A DNA stretch of 64,000 nucleotides from positions 210,232 through 274,231 of the forward strand of contig BJHQ01000006.1 in NCBI GenBank assembly GCA_014193115.1, read 5' to 3'. The first letter of the stretch is position 1. Each line of letters begins with the position of its first letter. The notes beneath the pieces were generated by a model. The model was not told the origin of the DNA, made no database searches, and saw only the letters and a list, made by a program, of their open reading frames with translations. The DNA comes from Planctomycetota bacterium (GTDB lineage: Bacteria > Planctomycetota > UBA11346). The position numbers and the translations under genes were made by a program. This document shows, in pieces, positions 1-10,032 of the stretch.

Positions 1-1361
1 ATCGGCGATGACCACGTCGAGGAAGATTCCGCGCTCGGCATCCCAGCACAGCTCGTCGAGCCGCCGCGACAGGCGTTCGGCCAGCGCTTCGTCGGCGGCG
101 ATGGCCGCGGCATCGTCGCCGATCATCCGGCCGAGTTCGGCGCAGGCCCGGATCTGCAAAATCAGATAGCTGTTCATGTCGAGGGCCACCACCGGACCCT
201 GATCGAGCCGGGGCGTGTCGTCCCACCCGGTCTCCATCGGATGCCAGCAGCCGATCAAGCCGAGCGAAGTCATGCGCTGGGTCAGCCACCAGCGGTTGTT
301 GGCGCGCAGCGCCGGCAGCAGTTTCCGGGCAAGGTCAAGATCGCGGCGCAGCTGCACCAGCCGCAGCCCGGCCCATCCGATCAACGGTGGCTGGGATTCA
401 TGCGGCCGCATCCAGGTCGAGCACAGGAACTGCCCTTGCTTGCCGTCGGCCCGCTGGTTCTCGGTGAGCAGCAGCAGGGAATCCACAGCCAGTTCCGGGG
501 CCAACTCGCTCAGGGCCAGGCAATGGAAGCAGGTATCCCACTGATAATGCGTGGGATAGGCGCCACGATTGGGGAACAACGAAATCCGTCCAGCGAGCAG
601 GCCAGGGGCGGCGGCGGCATTCATTGCCAAGGTGAAGACCGCGGTCGCGAGCAGTTTGCGCTCCGCGGCATTGGCGTTGCCGACCGACAACGGTCCGACG
701 AAGGCCGACCACCAGGCCCGGGCCTTCGCCACGGCGCCTGCGATGTCTTCTGGGGCCGCATCAAGCACCACCTGATGCTGCTCGTGAGCAACGTCCAGCA
801 CGGTGATATGCAGGGCGAGCACGATGCGTCCGCTGGCATCGGCCTCGACAGAGCACTGCCCATCCGTGCCCAGCACCGCCCGGCCCGAGAGGACCCGGAG
901 CGAGAACGCGATCGGCGCGTGGGCGTCGGGATCCCGCGGATCGCGGGTCGCGACCAGGGCATCCCAGCGGAACGTCACCGGGCCGGTGCTGGTCCAGCGG
1001 CGATGGCTCAACGCCGCACCCTGCGGCGACCAGGTCAGCGATGGTTGGCCGGTAGCCGTGATGATCCACGCATTGCGGTCATAGGCCGCGACCTGCAGCG
1101 ATCCCCAGTCATGCTCGTGGGCCACCAGCAGCGGCCCGTGGCGCCGGCTCCGCACCGCTCCCGGCAATCCGAGGAACGGCGTCGCTGCCCCGCCCAGGGC
1201 GATCGTCCGCCGGTTGTAATGGAGATAGCAGGTTTCGATTCCACCGCCGTTACCAAAGCCCAGGCCGATGTCGCCATAACACGGTTTGAAGGAACGTTCA
1301 GCGGACGCATAGGGAAGGGCCTCGCCAAGGTCGGCGAGCAGGAGATCGGCGGTGGACATGG
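1..1361 (-). CDS. Glycoside hydrolase with (alpha/alpha)6-barrel, GH63/GH15/trehalase-like; 3' end runs past the window start (partial)
   Basis: Hand translation of the minus strand from the ATG at 1359-1361 gives MSTADLLLADLGEALPYASAERSFKPCYGDIGLGFGNGGG...FPNRGAYPTHYQWDTCFHCLALSEL...GWAGLRLVQL..., open to position 1. It is absent from the ORF track only because no stop lies inside the window. The YQWDTCF and W-rich motifs are typical of (alpha/alpha)6 glycosidases. Confidence 0.6.
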
Positions 1362-1417
1362 GCACGGCACGGTGGGCCTGTCGCGCGCGGCGCTAGTCTG
1401 GACATCACCCTTGCCGC

Positions 1418-1445
1418 CTGGCGTCTGGCGTCTGGCGTCTGGCGA
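1418..1445. repeat. Heptanucleotide tandem repeat (GGCGTCT)x4 in a divergent promoter region
   Basis: Direct reading: ctggcgtctggcgtctggcgtctggcg, between the minus-strand glycosidase start (1361) and the purA start (1565). Confidence 0.7.
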
Positions 1446-1564
1446 GCTAGGGATTCCGCGTCTGCCGCGCCGGCGAAACCCCGGTAGTTGCCATGGCGAC
1501 GGTTTCCTTAGCCTGTCGCGGTCCCGGCGCGAACTGCGCCGGGCTGTTCATGTCAGGGATGCCC

Positions 1565-2887
1565 ATGACCGCTTCCAGCTCCACCGTCCTCGGCCTGCAA
1601 TGGGGCGATGAAGGCAAGGGCAAGGTGATCGACCTGCTCGCCGCCCAGACCGATGTCGTGGTGCGCTGCCAGGGCGGCGCCAACGCCGGCCACACCGTGG
1701 TCGTCGGCGGCCGCAAGACCGTTCTCCACCTGCTGCCGTCGGGCATCCTGCACGAGGCCGCCGACTGCGTCATCGGCAATGGCGTGGTCGTCGACCCGCT
1801 GGAATTGGCCAAGGAATTGGACCAGCTCGCGGCCGGCGGCTGCGTCGTCGAAGGACCGCGCAATCGCCTGACGGTGAGCGATCGCGCCCACCTGGTACTG
1901 CCCTGCCACGTCGCCCTCGACGCCGCCAGCGAAGCGGCCAAGGGCGCCGGCAAGGTCGGCACCACCCTGCGCGGCATCGGGCCGTGCTACACCGACAAGG
2001 CCAGCCGCAGCGGCCTGCGCACCGGCGAGCTGCGCGACCTGACCACCTTCGAGCGCCGGCTGCGCGAGCACCTGGCCCACACCAATCGGGTGCTGGCGGG
2101 AGTGTACCAGGCCGCGCCCCTCGACATCGACGCGCAAGTCGCCCGCTATCTGCCGGCCTGCCGCCGGCTCGCCCCGCTGGTCGCCGACACCACCGGATTC
2201 CTCCATCGCCAGATGGCCGCCGGCAAGCGCTTCCTGTTCGAAGGCGCTCAGGGCGTCCTGCTCGACCTCGACCACGGCACCTATCCGTTCGTGACCTCGT
2301 CGTGCACCGGGGTCGGCGGCATCATCGCCGGCAGCGGCCTGTCGCATCGCCAGCTCGGCCAGGTGATCGGCGTGGTCAAGGCGTACAGCACCCGGGTCGG
2401 CGGTGGCCCGTTCCTCACTGAGCTGCCCGACCCGCAGGGCGAAATCCTGCGCAAACGCGGCGGCGAGTACGGCGCCACCACCGGCCGGCCGCGGCGCTGC
2501 GGCTGGCTCGACCTGGTGGCGGTGCGGTTCGCCGGCCGGCTCAACGGAGTCGACGCCATCGCCCTGACCAAGCTCGACATCCTCACCGGCGAGCCGGTGA
2601 TCCCGGTGTGCGTCGCCTATGAACTTGATGGCCGGCGGATCGACACCATCCCGTCGCGACTCGACGACCTCGCCCGCTGCACGCCGGTGTACGAATCCCT
2701 GCCCGGCTGGGCGGAATCGCTGGCCAAGTGCCGGAAGCGCGCCGACCTGCCGGCCAACGCCCGGTCCTATGTCGAGCGGATCGAGGCCATCACCGGCATC
2801 CCGGTGGGCTGGATTGGGGTCGGGCCGGGCCGCGACGAAGTGATCTCCGAGACCGCGGCCGGCGCCGCCCTTGCCGAGGCGGCCTGA
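1565..2887 (+). CDS. purA: Adenylosuccinate synthetase
   Basis: MTASSSTVLGLQWGDEGKGKVIDLL...GANAGHTV... carries the PurA P-loop signature (QWGDEGKGK). Start taken at the internal ATG at 1565, matching the canonical PurA N-terminus. The stop overlaps the next start (TGATG). Confidence 0.95.
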   Translation: MTASSSTVLGLQWGDEGKGKVIDLLAAQTDVVVRCQGGANAGHTVVVGGRKTVLHLLPSGILHEAADCVIGNGVVVDPLELAKELDQLAAGGCVVEGPRNRLTVSDRAHLVLPCHVALDAASEAAKGAGKVGTTLRGIGPCYTDKASRSGLRTGELRDLTTFERRLREHLAHTNRVLAGVYQAAPLDIDAQVARYLPACRRLAPLVADTTGFLHRQMAAGKRFLFEGAQGVLLDLDHGTYPFVTSSCTGVGGIIAGSGLSHRQLGQVIGVVKAYSTRVGGGPFLTELPDPQGEILRKRGGEYGATTGRPRRCGWLDLVAVRFAGRLNGVDAIALTKLDILTGEPVIPVCVAYELDGRRIDTIPSRLDDLARCTPVYESLPGWAESLAKCRKRADLPANARSYVERIEAITGIPVGWIGVGPGRDEVISETAAGAALAEAA

Positions 2888-3669
2888 TGGGAGCGCCAGC
2901 CGCTCCGGTCCCCGGAACACCCGACCGACACGATCCGGCCCAGGCGGCGATCGCCGCTGGCCTCGACCCGGCCCGCATGCCGCGCCATGTCGGCGTGATC
3001 ATGGACGGCAATGGCCGATGGGCCGAGCGCCAGGGCCGCGAACGGATCGATGGCCACCGCCGCGGCGTCGAGGCGGTGCGCACGGTGGTCACCGAAAGCG
3101 TCCGCCTCGCCATTCCGCGGGTGACGCTGTACGCGTTCTCGTCAGAAAACTGGTCGCGGCCCCGCCGCGAGGTCGATTTCCTGATGCTGCTGCTGGCTGA
3201 CTTCCTGCGCAGCGAAGAACCGACGCTGCACGCCAATCGCGTGCGCCTGGAAGCCATCGGCCGGCTCGACCGGCTGCCGGCTGAGGTCCAGTACGAACTG
3301 GATCGGGTGCGCGCCGCCACCGCTCATTACGATCGCAACATCCTGTCGCTGGCGCTGTCGTATGGCGGACGTGACGAATTGGTCGATGCCTGCCGGCGGA
3401 TCGCCTCCCAAGTCGCTGCCGGTGAACTGGCAGCGGCGGCGATCGATGCGGCGACGATCCAGGCCAACCTCTACACGCCAGAGGCAGCTGACCTGGACGT
3501 GGTCATCCGCACTGCCGGCGAACTCCGGCTGTCGAACTTCCTGCCGTGGCAGGCGGTCTATGCCGAATACGTCGTGACCGAGGTGCTGTGGCCGGATTTC
3601 GGCGTTACGGCCTATCATGACTGCCTGCGGGACTTCCAAGGTCGCGAACGTCGCTTCGGTGGTTTGTAA
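2887..3669 (+). CDS. uppS: Undecaprenyl (isoprenyl) diphosphate synthase
   Basis: HVGVIMDGNGRWAERQG...YAFSSENWSRP...ELRLSNFLPWQAVYAEY... are cis-prenyltransferase signature motifs. The ATG at 2887 overlaps the purA stop. Confidence 0.92.
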   Translation: MGAPAAPVPGTPDRHDPAQAAIAAGLDPARMPRHVGVIMDGNGRWAERQGRERIDGHRRGVEAVRTVVTESVRLAIPRVTLYAFSSENWSRPRREVDFLMLLLADFLRSEEPTLHANRVRLEAIGRLDRLPAEVQYELDRVRAATAHYDRNILSLALSYGGRDELVDACRRIASQVAAGELAAAAIDAATIQANLYTPEAADLDVVIRTAGELRLSNFLPWQAVYAEYVVTEVLWPDFGVTAYHDCLRDFQGRERRFGGL

Positions 3670-3728
3670 CGTCCAGCGCACGACCCATTCCTTCATCTGC
3701 TTTTCACCGGGCAAAGGACGCTTCAGGA

Positions 3729-3965
3729 ATGACTCCCGCCGAACGCCTCCGTCACCACGCCCGCATGGCCTTGTTGGACGATGGCAGGATCGATCTCACC
3801 GAGCTCCACCACTTGGTCGAGGTCGCAATGGAGGATCGGGTCATCGACGAGGGCGAGCGCGCCGTGCTCAAGCAGGTGCTCGATGGCATCACTGTCACCG
3901 GCGGTGAAGGCGACCTGAAGTTGATGGAACTGGTCCACCGCCTGAAAATGGTGCTGAAGCTCTGA
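3729..3965 (+). CDS. Small hypothetical protein (78 aa), possibly TerB-like
   Basis: Isolated ORF in a gap between uppS and the AraC gene. Its charged, helical-looking sequence has no recognisable motif. Confidence 0.35.
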   Translation: MTPAERLRHHARMALLDDGRIDLTELHHLVEVAMEDRVIDEGERAVLKQVLDGITVTGGEGDLKLMELVHRLKMVLKL

Positions 3966-4032
3966 TCTGTTCCGCCGCGGACGTCCAACCTTTCCTGTTT
4001 GACCAGGTCCTGTCTTCCATCCGGCGCAGCCT

Positions 4033-4800
4033 TCAACTGCTCATTTCTCCATGCGTGTCGCGGCGCAGCCGGGCGGCCAACGCTCCGACGCTGCCGTACC
4101 CCACCAGCGGCGCGATCTCGCCCAAGGGCATGCCGGCCGCGGCCAGATTTCTTGCCCGCTCCAGGCGCAGGGCCTGCAAGGCGCGGCCCGGAGTCGCTCC
4201 CGATTCAGCCTTGAACCGGCGTTGCAGCTGGCGGATCGACAGGCCCTCGGACCTGGCCAGTTCGCGCAGCGAGACCGCACGATGCAGGTCGGCGCGCATC
4301 CAGCCGCGGACCCGTTCAGCGAGCGAGGCATCAGAAACGCTGGCGGTGCGGCTCAGCCGGCGGTGCTCGGCCACCACCGCAGCCAGCAGTCCGTCGACCG
4401 CGGCCTGGTCGCGGGGCTGGGTCCGCGACGCATCGAGCATCCAGCGCAGTCCGGCCGCGAGTCGGCCGAGTTCGTCACGGACCACCAGCTTGCGCTCAGG
4501 CCCCAGACCGCCCAGGTCGTCGCGCCAGTGCAACACCAGCAGGCGATGGCTAAGGTCCCGGGAGAGCTGCGGCAGGTGGCGCAGACCCTGCGGATAGCAG
4601 AAAACCTCACCGATTGCTGACACCCGGGTCTGTCCATCGACCTGGACCCGGTATCCTGATTCCAGTGGATAGATCAATTCGTGCCAGGGATGCGCATCCA
4701 CCGGATGGTGGAAATCCGGGGTCGTGATCGAGCAATCTATCGTGACCAGCGCCAGCATCGCGGGCGAGCGTCGTTCGTTCAGGTGCAAGGCAATGGCCAA
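4033..4800 (-). CDS. AraC-family transcriptional regulator
   Basis: The C-terminal segment LRELARSEGLSIRQLQRRFKAESGATPGRALQALRLERARNLAA is an AraC-type HTH pair. The N-terminal part looks like a cupin-type ligand-binding domain. Confidence 0.85.
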   Translation of the reverse strand: MAIALHLNERRSPAMLALVTIDCSITTPDFHHPVDAHPWHELIYPLESGYRVQVDGQTRVSAIGEVFCYPQGLRHLPQLSRDLSHRLLVLHWRDDLGGLGPERKLVVRDELGRLAAGLRWMLDASRTQPRDQAAVDGLLAAVVAEHRRLSRTASVSDASLAERVRGWMRADLHRAVSLRELARSEGLSIRQLQRRFKAESGATPGRALQALRLERARNLAAAGMPLGEIAPLVGYGSVGALAARLRRDTHGEMSS

Positions 4801-4859
4801 GCATCTCCCAACGGAAGCGTGGTCAGCTGCGCCATGAAGGACGCCGCGGGTTGGTCAGC

Positions 4860-4955
4860 ATGCCGCATCGCAGCAGCCATGCCGCATCGCAGCAGCCATG
4901 CCGCATCGCAGCAGCCATGTCGCATCGCAGCAGCCATGTCGCATCGCAGCGCGCC
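4860..4955. repeat. Five direct 19-bp tandem repeats (ATGCCGCATCGCAGCAGCC, last two degenerate)
   Basis: Direct reading of 4860-4955. The unit length of 19 is not a multiple of 3. The repeats lie between the divergent AraC gene (start 4800) and the aminotransferase start (4998). Confidence 0.8.
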
Positions 4956-4997
4956 ACGTCACTTTCGCATCGGCGATTCCCCAGCCGGCCGAAGATA

Positions 4998-6335
4998 ATG
5001 GCGATCATGCAACCAGCCCCCCTCGCCCCCGCTGATCCCTATGCCGCCATGAATCCAGAATCCCGCCGCTGGTGGGATCGCGCCGGCCAGGTCATGCCCG
5101 GCCACGGGCAGCCCCATCGCCGCGGCTACAAATATCTGAGGCGCGGCGCACCGGTCTTCGCGGTGCGGGCCAAGGGCTCGCGGTTCTGGGACGCCGACGG
5201 TCGCGAATTCATCGATTTCAAGAACAGTTTCGGCCCGATCCTGCTCGGCCACGCCGATCCCGACATCACCGCCGCGGTCGCAGCGCAGCTCGCTGAGGGC
5301 TCGATCCTGTCCCTCGAACATCCCCGGGTGGTGGAGTTCAACGAGCGGCTGTGCTCGCTGATCCCGTGCGCCGAGATGGTGATGAACACCATGGGCGGAT
5401 CGGCGGCGACCCACGCCGCGGTGCGCATCGCCCGCCACCACACCAACCGCGATGTGGTCCTGCGCGGCGGCTACCACGGCTGGTTCGATTGGTGCCTGAT
5501 CGGCGAGCCGGGGACGCCGCCGGCGCTGAAGGAGCTCGCCCCGGGCTTCGCCTACGACGATCCCGCTGCGCTGGCAGCGGCCCTCGCGGCGCGGCCCGGC
5601 AAGGTGGCGGCGGTGATCATGGAACCGGTGATGGGCGATGGTCCCAAACCCGGCTATTTCGCAGCGGTCCGCGCCCTGTGCGACGAGCACGGCGCGTTGC
5701 TCATCATCGACGAAATCAAGACCGGTTTCCGCTTCGCTGCCGGCGGAGCCCAGGAACGGTTCGCGATCGACGCCGACCTGGCGACCTTCGGCAAGGCGAT
5801 GTGCAATGGCCTGCCCGGATCGGTGGTGGTCGGCAAGCGCAAGGTCATGGAGGGCAGCCGCAAGCTGTTCATCGCCGCGACATTCCATGGCGATCTGCTC
5901 AGCATCGTCGCCGCCGAAACTGTCATCCGGATCATGCGCGAACGCGACGGCCTGGGCCACATCTGGCGTCTGGGCCAGCGCCTGATCGATGGCCTGAACC
6001 GGATCTTCGCCGCCCACCGCTGTCCGCTGGTGATGGGCGGGCACCCGCCGATGCCGCTGCTGTCCGAGGCTCCGCTCGACCACCCGACCCGGGCGCCGGC
6101 CGCCCACCAGAGAGGCAAGCTCCCCACGGAGTTCTGCGCCGCGCTCCAACGCCGCGGCATTTACCTGACGCCTGCGGAATCGTTTCTGATGCTCGCCCAC
6201 ACCGACGCCGACCTCGACCAGGCCTTGGCGAACGCCGACCTGGCCTGCGCCGAAGCCCTGCAACTGGTCGACGACATCGCTGCCGGCCGGGTGATCGAGC
6301 AGCCGTACAACCAAGACGTGACGAGGGACGGCTGA
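4998..6335 (+). CDS. Class-III (GSA-aminomutase-like) PLP-dependent aminotransferase
   Basis: ...RFWDADGREFIDFKNSFGPILLGHADPDITAAV...LLIIDEIKTGFRF...TFGKAM... fits the class-III aminotransferase fold and contains the PLP-binding lysine (FGK). Start chosen after the 19-bp repeat array. Confidence 0.85.
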   Translation: MAIMQPAPLAPADPYAAMNPESRRWWDRAGQVMPGHGQPHRRGYKYLRRGAPVFAVRAKGSRFWDADGREFIDFKNSFGPILLGHADPDITAAVAAQLAEGSILSLEHPRVVEFNERLCSLIPCAEMVMNTMGGSAATHAAVRIARHHTNRDVVLRGGYHGWFDWCLIGEPGTPPALKELAPGFAYDDPAALAAALAARPGKVAAVIMEPVMGDGPKPGYFAAVRALCDEHGALLIIDEIKTGFRFAAGGAQERFAIDADLATFGKAMCNGLPGSVVVGKRKVMEGSRKLFIAATFHGDLLSIVAAETVIRIMRERDGLGHIWRLGQRLIDGLNRIFAAHRCPLVMGGHPPMPLLSEAPLDHPTRAPAAHQRGKLPTEFCAALQRRGIYLTPAESFLMLAHTDADLDQALANADLACAEALQLVDDIAAGRVIEQPYNQDVTRDG

Positions 6336-7420
6336 TGTTCCGCCTCGGATTGATCGGCACCGGCGGCTTCGCCGGCGCCCACCTGCGCGCAGCCCGCACC
6401 CTCGCCGACCGGACCAAAACCGTCGCCTTGGCCAGCCGCAGCCTTGAACGCCTGCACAAACGCGCAGAGCAGAACGCCGTCACCCGCTTCGGCACCGATC
6501 CGGGCGTGGTCATCGACGCCCCCGACGTCGATGGCGTCATCATCTGCACTCCGCACCAGTCTCACGCTGAGCTGGCGATCCGCGCCTTGGCCGCCGGCAA
6601 ACATGTGCTGGTCGAGAAACCCATGGCGATTTCCAGCGCCGAAGGCGAAGCGATGGTCGCCGCCGCGACCCGTGCCGGGCGGGTCCTGATGGTCGGCCAG
6701 TGCGAGCGTTATCACCGTCAGCACCAGGCCCTGAAGCGGCTGATCGACGCTGGCGAGCTGGGCGAGATCCGCTCAGGGCGGATCGACGCCTTGCAGAATG
6801 CTGCCGCTTTCCTGCCGAAGGATCACTGGCTGCGCGACCGATCGGCGGCCGGCGGCGGCATCTTGTGGACGGTGGCGGTGCACCGGCTCGATCTGCTACG
6901 CTGGTGGTTGGGTGAACCGGCACAGGTCATGGCGTTCTCACGGCGGATCGATCCGGCGATGGGCGAGGGCGTCGATGATCTGGTTTTGGCCACCATCCGA
7001 TTCGCCAGCAGTAACCGCTTCGCGAGCGGCGTGCTGATCGAGGTCTTCGCCAGCTGGGGTGCATGGCGCCTGCCGTATTCCGAATCCCTGATGCTGCTCG
7101 GCGATCGCGGCCTGGTCCACGCCCTGCCCGGCGCCACCGCCGTCCAGTTCCCGCGGTTGCAGGTGGCGCGGGCCGGGCTGACCCCGCCAGCCACGGATTT
7201 TCCTAGCCAATTCGGCGGTTTCAGCGACCTGCCCGATGATCCGACTGGCCTGCCCACTGGCGACATGGTCACCGATCAGCTGGCCCATTTCATCGATTGC
7301 TGCCTGACCGGCAGCGAGCCGCGCAGCAGCGGCCGGGACAACCTGGGCACGCTCCGTCTGCTCGAAGCGATCGAAGCTGCGGCCGCAGGCAGCCGGTTGG
7401 TCGAGCTGCCCCGGCCCTGA
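6335..7420 (+). CDS. Gfo/Idh/MocA-family NAD(P)-dependent oxidoreductase
   Basis: MFRLGLIGTGGFAGAHL...EKPMA... shows a Rossmann GxGxxG and the EKP motif. The ATG overlaps the upstream stop (ATGA). Confidence 0.85.
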   Translation: MFRLGLIGTGGFAGAHLRAARTLADRTKTVALASRSLERLHKRAEQNAVTRFGTDPGVVIDAPDVDGVIICTPHQSHAELAIRALAAGKHVLVEKPMAISSAEGEAMVAAATRAGRVLMVGQCERYHRQHQALKRLIDAGELGEIRSGRIDALQNAAAFLPKDHWLRDRSAAGGGILWTVAVHRLDLLRWWLGEPAQVMAFSRRIDPAMGEGVDDLVLATIRFASSNRFASGVLIEVFASWGAWRLPYSESLMLLGDRGLVHALPGATAVQFPRLQVARAGLTPPATDFPSQFGGFSDLPDDPTGLPTGDMVTDQLAHFIDCCLTGSEPRSSGRDNLGTLRLLEAIEAAAAGSRLVELPRP

Positions 7421-8847
7421 TGGTGGTGGCCATGACCGACCGCTTCGACGATTTTGCCGCGCTGCTCGACCGGGCCAGCGAACTGCACCTGGTCCCAGGC
7501 CTGGCCGCAGCCGTGGTGACCGGCGACCACATCGCCGCCATCGGCGCCAGCGGCATCGCCGACCTCGCTACCGGCGAAAAGGCCGATCCAAAACAGGTCT
7601 CGCGCTGGTACTCGGTATCGAAGCCGATCACCGCCCTGGCGGTGCTGGCCGCGGCCTCCCGCGGCCGGATCGATCTCGACGCCCCGGTGACCCGGCTGAT
7701 CCCTGGCCTGGCGTTCGCCGATCCGTTCAGCCACGCCCACGCCAGTCTGCGCGATTGCCTGCTCCACCGCACCGGGCTGTTGTCGGGCAACTGGACCTGG
7801 GACGCCGCGTCGACCGATCCCGCCGAGCTCCTCCGCCGGCTCGTCCACCAGCCCTGCCCGCACCTGCTCGGCCAGGGATTCCATTACCAGAATCAGCATT
7901 TCGTGATCATCCGCGAAGCGCTGCGCCTGGCCGGCATCGACTGGTCGGCAGCGGTGACGGAGCTGCTCGCCCCGCTCGGCGCGAGCATCATCACCCGCCA
8001 GGCCGACTTCGTCGCCTCCCGGCGTTTCGCGCCGCATGGTCCCAATGGCCTGACGCTTCCTGAACGCATCGCCGATCCTGAGATCGACGGCATCGCCGCC
8101 GCCGGCGGCATCTGCGGCAACATCGAAAGCCTGGCCGCCGTGGCCGGGATGATGGCCGGACGCGGCACCTGGAAGGGCATCACCGCCGTACCCCGGGATC
8201 AGTGGGACGCCGCCACCGCCCCGGTGTTCAAGCACGACGAAGGCTCGTCGTCGGAGCGGGTCAACTCCTGGGCAGCGCTGGCCGGAGCGTGGACGACCTA
8301 TCGCGGCCACCGCCTGCTCGCCTGGGCCGGCGGCTACCGCGGCTGGACCTCCCACGTCGTCGCCGTGCCGAGCCTCGGCATCGGCGCCTGCTGCCTCGGC
8401 AACCGGACCGCCAGCGCCGTGGTCGAAGCGGTGTGCCTGGCGCTGATCGACCGCGCCGCCGGCCTCGAACCGATCCCCTGGGTCGAACGCTACGCCGAAT
8501 CGAAGAAGAAGATGCGGGCCGCCGGAGCCCAGCGGGTGAAGGAACGCCTGTCACGGCCCAAGGCCGCGTGGCCCGCTCCAACCGAGCAGCTGGCCGGGAC
8601 CTTCCACCATCCCGGCTATGGCGATCTCCAGGTCACCGCCGCCGGCGACGCCGCGACCCTGCGCTACCGCTTCGTCGAACTGCCGCTGGTTCCCCGCGAC
8701 GGCGGGCGGTGCTCAGCCGACGCGTCGATCGATGGCGGAGAGTACTGCTGGGATCTGACCCCGGTGATCGTCGCCGGCCGCGCCACCGCCTGGCGATTCG
8801 GCCCCGACAGCTCGGGCCACCCGGTGGAGTTCAAGCGGGTCGGATAA
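7420..8847 (+). CDS. Beta-lactamase-related serine hydrolase (class C/PBP-like family)
   Basis: YSVSKPITALAVL carries the SxxK active-site motif. Start overlaps the upstream stop (TGATGG). Third gene of an apparent three-gene operon. Confidence 0.8.
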   Translation: MVVAMTDRFDDFAALLDRASELHLVPGLAAAVVTGDHIAAIGASGIADLATGEKADPKQVSRWYSVSKPITALAVLAAASRGRIDLDAPVTRLIPGLAFADPFSHAHASLRDCLLHRTGLLSGNWTWDAASTDPAELLRRLVHQPCPHLLGQGFHYQNQHFVIIREALRLAGIDWSAAVTELLAPLGASIITRQADFVASRRFAPHGPNGLTLPERIADPEIDGIAAAGGICGNIESLAAVAGMMAGRGTWKGITAVPRDQWDAATAPVFKHDEGSSSERVNSWAALAGAWTTYRGHRLLAWAGGYRGWTSHVVAVPSLGIGACCLGNRTASAVVEAVCLALIDRAAGLEPIPWVERYAESKKKMRAAGAQRVKERLSRPKAAWPAPTEQLAGTFHHPGYGDLQVTAAGDAATLRYRFVELPLVPRDGGRCSADASIDGGEYCWDLTPVIVAGRATAWRFGPDSSGHPVEFKRVG

Positions 8848-9064
8848 CGTCTGGGCAAGCGCCCGTGCCACGCTGCGTGGTCGGTCAACCGATTGGAGAA
8901 GACAAAGAAACCGAACGAGGTCGCCTATGGGTGGGCGTCGGTCGCCAGCGCAGCCCGATGAGGGCTCGCGCAAAAGCAACTTGAGCAGTTTTCAACGTGG
9001 GCGTCGCCTGCTTTCCGCCATGGAAAACATTGGGAAGGCGCTCACGTTCTTCTTGCGTGCACCC

Positions 9065-9919
9065 TTAGATCTCGCCGGTGAACACGGTCACCGCCGGGCC
9101 TTCCATGACGACCTCGGCGGTGTCGTCGGGCCAGGCGATGCGCAGGTCGCCACCGCTCAACCGCACGGTGGCTTCGCGCTGGTCGATCACTCCGTCGAGG
9201 ATCGCAGCCACGGTGGCGGCACAGGCGCCGGTTCCGCAAGCCAGGGTCTCGCCGCTGCCCCGTTCCCAGGTGCGCAGACGCAATACCGGCCGGCCGCGTT
9301 CATCGGGCAAGCGGCAGACGAATTCGACATTGGTGCGGTTGGGGAACCGGGCGTGCTGTTCGACCACCGGACCAACTGTTGTTACCGGGAATGTCTCGGG
9401 ATCGGCGACGAACACCACCGCGTGGGGATTGCCCATGCCGACACAGGTGAAGCGCAGCTGGTGGCCGGCGACCGCCAACGGCAGATGCAACAGCGGCCCG
9501 GGGCGATCGAGATCCACCGGGACCTCGGTGGGTGACAGCCGGGGGCGCCCCATGCCGACCCGGGCGCCGACCACCTCGCCTTGTTTCAGGAGCAGATCGA
9601 CGGTGAGGATTCCGGCGCCGGTTTCGATCGCGACCCGATCCTTGGTGATGTGGCCGCGATCCCGGGCGAGCTTGGCCAGGCAGCGGATGCCGTTGCCGCA
9701 CATCTCGGACAGCGAGCCATCGGCATTGAACATGACCATCCTCACCTCGGCTCGGCGCGACGGGGCGAGCACGATCAGGCCATCGCCGCCGATCCCTGTA
9801 TGGCGGTCGCTGAGCGCCCGGGCCAACGCCGGCCAGCGCCGCGGTGGCGGCAGATCGTCGCCGATCGCGTCCAGATAGACATAATCGTTGCCGCAGCCGT
9901 GCATTTTGGTGAAGCGCAT
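9065..9919 (-). CDS. dapF: Diaminopimelate epimerase
   Basis: MRFTKMHGCGNDYVYLD...NADGSLSEMCGNGIRC...ACGTGACA... contains the catalytic cysteine motifs of DapF. Confidence 0.93.
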   Translation of the reverse strand: MRFTKMHGCGNDYVYLDAIGDDLPPPRRWPALARALSDRHTGIGGDGLIVLAPSRRAEVRMVMFNADGSLSEMCGNGIRCLAKLARDRGHITKDRVAIETGAGILTVDLLLKQGEVVGARVGMGRPRLSPTEVPVDLDRPGPLLHLPLAVAGHQLRFTCVGMGNPHAVVFVADPETFPVTTVGPVVEQHARFPNRTNVEFVCRLPDERGRPVLRLRTWERGSGETLACGTGACAATVAAILDGVIDQREATVRLSGGDLRIAWPDDTAEVVMEGPAVTVFTGEI

Positions 9920-10032
9920 GGTGCCGGGACGCTAGCCGGTATCCCAGACCGGGCGACCCTCGCCGCCCCGAAGGTTCCGCCCGCCCAGGTTCGACGATTG
10001 CTCCGGCGTGCCCGGGGCGACGCTGCCCTGCC

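Noticed and set aside
1553-2920. 455-aa ORF antisense to purA
   Set aside because: Entirely overlapped by the strongly supported purA on the opposite strand. Ala/Gly/Arg-rich composition is typical of antisense frames in 70% GC DNA.
5351-7420. 689-aa plus-strand ORF
   Set aside because: Its first about 330 codons are an out-of-frame read-through of the aminotransferase gene. The real gene (Gfo/Idh/MocA oxidoreductase) starts at the ATG at 6335.
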